Of a stretch of DNA of 64,000 nucleotides, positions 61,978 to 64,000 are shown piece by piece. The notes beneath the pieces are model-generated. The model ran no database searches, was not told the origin of the DNA, and saw only the letters and a list, made by a program, of their open reading frames with translations. The position numbers and the translations under genes are program-made. Position 1 is the first letter of the stretch. Every line of letters begins with the position of its first letter. The stretch is taken from assembly GCA_030649895.1 (NCBI GenBank), contig JAUSEX010000052.1:16988-80987 (forward strand). Reading direction: 5' to 3'. Origin of the DNA: Candidatus Omnitrophota bacterium. GTDB taxonomy: Bacteria > Omnitrophota > Gorgyraeia > Gorgyraeales > Gorgyraeaceae.

Positions 61978-63513
61978 TTATCTCTTCAACAGGCCTAAAA
62001 TATTTGTTACCTGTTTTCTTTCCAAGCCGCAAATGTTAGGATATATATATATAATAAACGCAACTGTCAATATATAGAATGTCAAGCAAAATGGTACGTA
62101 AAATAATGGATTAAAAGGGATATTCAAGATATTCGAAAGAATACCAGCCCCATTTTTGATTGCAAAAGATGCTGTCAACAAAAGGCCTATGCTTGCAAAC
62201 TGGTATAGAAAATTAAATTTCCATTTCCATACCTTGCATATAAAATAACCATATATATTAACACCTATGATTTGAAAAATTACCATTTTCAAGGCCAGGC
62301 CTATTGAACCTGACGATAAACCAGGTATTGCTGAAGAGCGGGGCGCCAGAACAAAATAACTTACAAATATACTGACCATCATCAAGATAATCCCAATCCT
62401 GGAATAAAGCTTATTTTGCGCCGTAGCCAGAAGATAGGATACATTAATCTGGCCTAATGACTGATGTATGGGGTATAAAAACATTATTGCCAGACAAAAC
62501 CATCCTGCCACATATTCTCCCCCAAGTAAAAGAACTAATATTTCCCTGCTAAAAGGGATTAAGAAACAAGCCCCCGCTGCGCCAACAAAACATAATCCCC
62601 GTGATATCTTCGAGTATAAATAATAAAGGCGCTCTTTATTCCCTAATTCATTTGCCTCTGCTACCTCTTTCCAGAATACCTTTAATATGGACGTAGTGCC
62701 GATTAAACAAATAGCGCTGAAGCGTAAACCGATCGAAAAATAACCCTGCTGAACTGCTCCTCCAAATTTCTGTAAAAACCAAACATCTGCAAATGAATAT
62801 AAAAAACTAACAACGCCATACATCACGAGAGGAGCGCAGTAAATTTTGAATTCATTAATGGCCTCTGTTAAATTAATGCTCTCCTCTGTCATCAAGTTAT
62901 CTCTCAACCTTCTCGATAACATAAAAGATGACAAAAGATAGGTAAAAATAATTATTATAAACAGATTAGGAATAGTAAGGCGATGCAAAAAAGCCATAGT
63001 AATAACTATACATAAATATAAAACCGCTATAACTATCTGATGGATTTGAACAATTACAGTGTGGCGAATAGATTCTCCCGCATGTACAACCGTCTCCCAC
63101 AGTTTATTCATACTAAAACTTGCCGCAAAAGCTAAGGCAATCATGTTTTTTGAATGGCCTAACCAGACATTATTCCGCCATGTATCCGGAAAGATAAAGA
63201 TAATAAGCGTCATAGCTATTATAAATTCTATCCCTATCCATAAAAGATAATAAAAATAAAACTTTAAACCGCGTCTTCTTTGTGAAAGGAACGTATAAAA
63301 TGCCTCAGACATCCCCATATCAAGAAGAGTTATGATAGAGGCAAAACTGCCTAAAAGAAAACTATAATTTCCATACTCCTTGACTCCCAGTGTCCTAGCT
63401 ATAATAACCCCTGCAATAAATCCCAATCCTATCTTTACAATATTTGCAAACAAGGTGGTAAAAAACCGGATCTTAGTACCTTGATTGTTAACAAATAATT
63501 TTAGATTAATCAT
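61978..63513 (-). CDS. Wzx-like oligosaccharide flippase (MOP/PST superfamily polysaccharide biosynthesis protein).
   Basis: 511 aa with about 12-14 hydrophobic helices. The N-terminal region (...LGVKEYGNYSFLLGSFASIITLLDMGMSEAFYTFLSQ) is typical of the Polysacc_synt family. Confidence 0.7.
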   Translation of the reverse strand: MINLKLFVNNQGTKIRFFTTLFANIVKIGLGFIAGVIIARTLGVKEYGNYSFLLGSFASIITLLDMGMSEAFYTFLSQRRRGLKFYFYYLLWIGIEFIIAMTLIIFIFPDTWRNNVWLGHSKNMIALAFAASFSMNKLWETVVHAGESIRHTVIVQIHQIVIAVLYLCIVITMAFLHRLTIPNLFIIIIFTYLLSSFMLSRRLRDNLMTEESINLTEAINEFKIYCAPLVMYGVVSFLYSFADVWFLQKFGGAVQQGYFSIGLRFSAICLIGTTSILKVFWKEVAEANELGNKERLYYLYSKISRGLCFVGAAGACFLIPFSREILVLLLGGEYVAGWFCLAIMFLYPIHQSLGQINVSYLLATAQNKLYSRIGIILMMVSIFVSYFVLAPRSSAIPGLSSGSIGLALKMVIFQIIGVNIYGYFICKVWKWKFNFLYQFASIGLLLTASFAIKNGAGILSNILNIPFNPLFYVPFCLTFYILTVAFIIYIYPNICGLERKQVTNILGLLKR

Positions 63514-63544
63514 TTCACCACCAAAACAAAAATTACCTAAACAC

Positions 63545-64000
63545 TTATTTTTCTAGATACGGTTCTATGTGTTCTCCAAAAAACTTGATCATGGAACGCA
63601 AACGAATAGTCATTCTTCTTTTTTGCATCTTGGTATTATCCAGATATTTATTAATTGGATTTGAATCTCTGATTATATGGACAAATTCATCAATGCTGTC
63701 TAATTTTATCTTTCTGTCCAATTTTAAAAACTTAAGCCCTTTATAAAAATGCGGCAAAACCATCCCTGCCATAAATCCATAAGTTTCTCTTTTTAATATC
63801 TCTATTGGAGAAAGATAAGCAAGATTTGGTTCAATAGGATACAATAGCCTCAAAAACCTATAGAAATTAGCAGGAGTTAATGTGGTCGCGGGATAGCCAT
63901 GCGTCGTATCAAAATCTCTTAATTTCTTATCCATTATCCTTGCGTATAAACGTCTCTGGATACTGTGAAACCCTTTAAGTGTGTATGGTGTCTCCAGCAT
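63545..64000 (-). CDS. Hypothetical protein, C-terminal part. The gene continues beyond the window end.
   Basis: Open frame on the minus strand to the window edge. Basic aromatic-rich sequence of unknown family. Confidence 0.4.
   Translation of the reverse strand: MLETPYTLKGFHSIQRRLYARIMDKKLRDFDTTHGYPATTLTPANFYRFLRLLYPIEPNLAYLSPIEILKRETYGFMAGMVLPHFYKGLKFLKLDRKIKLDSIDEFVHIIRDSNPINKYLDNTKMQKRRMTIRLRSMIKFFGEHIEPYLEK

Noticed and set aside
1-64000. tRNA, rRNA or tmRNA genes.
   Set aside because: No cloverleaf-compatible 70-90-nt GC-rich segments or rRNA-like conserved blocks were recognised in the short intergenic spaces. Intergenic regions are AT-rich repeats, promoters and hairpins.

Overview
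All supported genes in this 64 kb low-GC window lie on the minus strand. The window has two parts. (1) About 2.3–27.4 kb is a mosaic accessory/defence-like island carrying a MazF/RHH toxin–antitoxin pair, four diverged AbiEi/AbiEii pairs plus one orphan AbiEii-like nucleotidyltransferase with an XRE-HTH partner, three DinD/Bro-N-like genes (one disrupted), two tandem pairs of AAA+ ATPase genes with DUF4143 (PD-(D/E)xK-like) C-terminal domains, three copies in different states of decay of a two-gene module (secreted PLD/Nuc-like nuclease + winged-helix/DnaD-like protein), a YhcG/DUF1016-like nuclease, a C1 papain-like peptidase, a retropepsin-like protease with a small partner gene, a PLD–winged-helix fusion protein preceded by a 55-aa ORF, and an RhuM fragment. 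(2) The island is embedded in a large glycan-biosynthesis locus (0–2.3 kb and 27.4–64 kb). This locus encodes a CDP-3,6-dideoxyhexose route (RfbF/RfbG/RfbH-like plus a thiamine pyrophosphate-dependent YerE-like enzyme, suggesting a branched sugar), an Arn-like formyl-aminosugar/polyprenyl-phosphate module with a GT39/83 membrane transferase, several GT2/GT4 glycosyltransferases, five SAM methyltransferases, B12- and SPASM-type radical SAM enzymes, two AsnB amidotransferases, a CMP-sugar synthetase and a flippase. The most unusual sequence-level signal is a family of small nested palindromic elements present in six copies. Four of them are inserted in frame inside the GT4 and AsnB coding sequences, which resembles Rickettsia palindromic elements. 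Other repeat families are a 25-bp perfect palindrome with compensatory covariation (one copy disrupts a DinD gene), a conserved ~40-nt motif found seven times, and hairpin terminators with covarying stems. Canonical TTGACA-N17-TATACT promoters embedded in palindromic operators precede AAA#1, AAA#2 and AbiEi#4. No rRNA, tRNA or CRISPR array was found.
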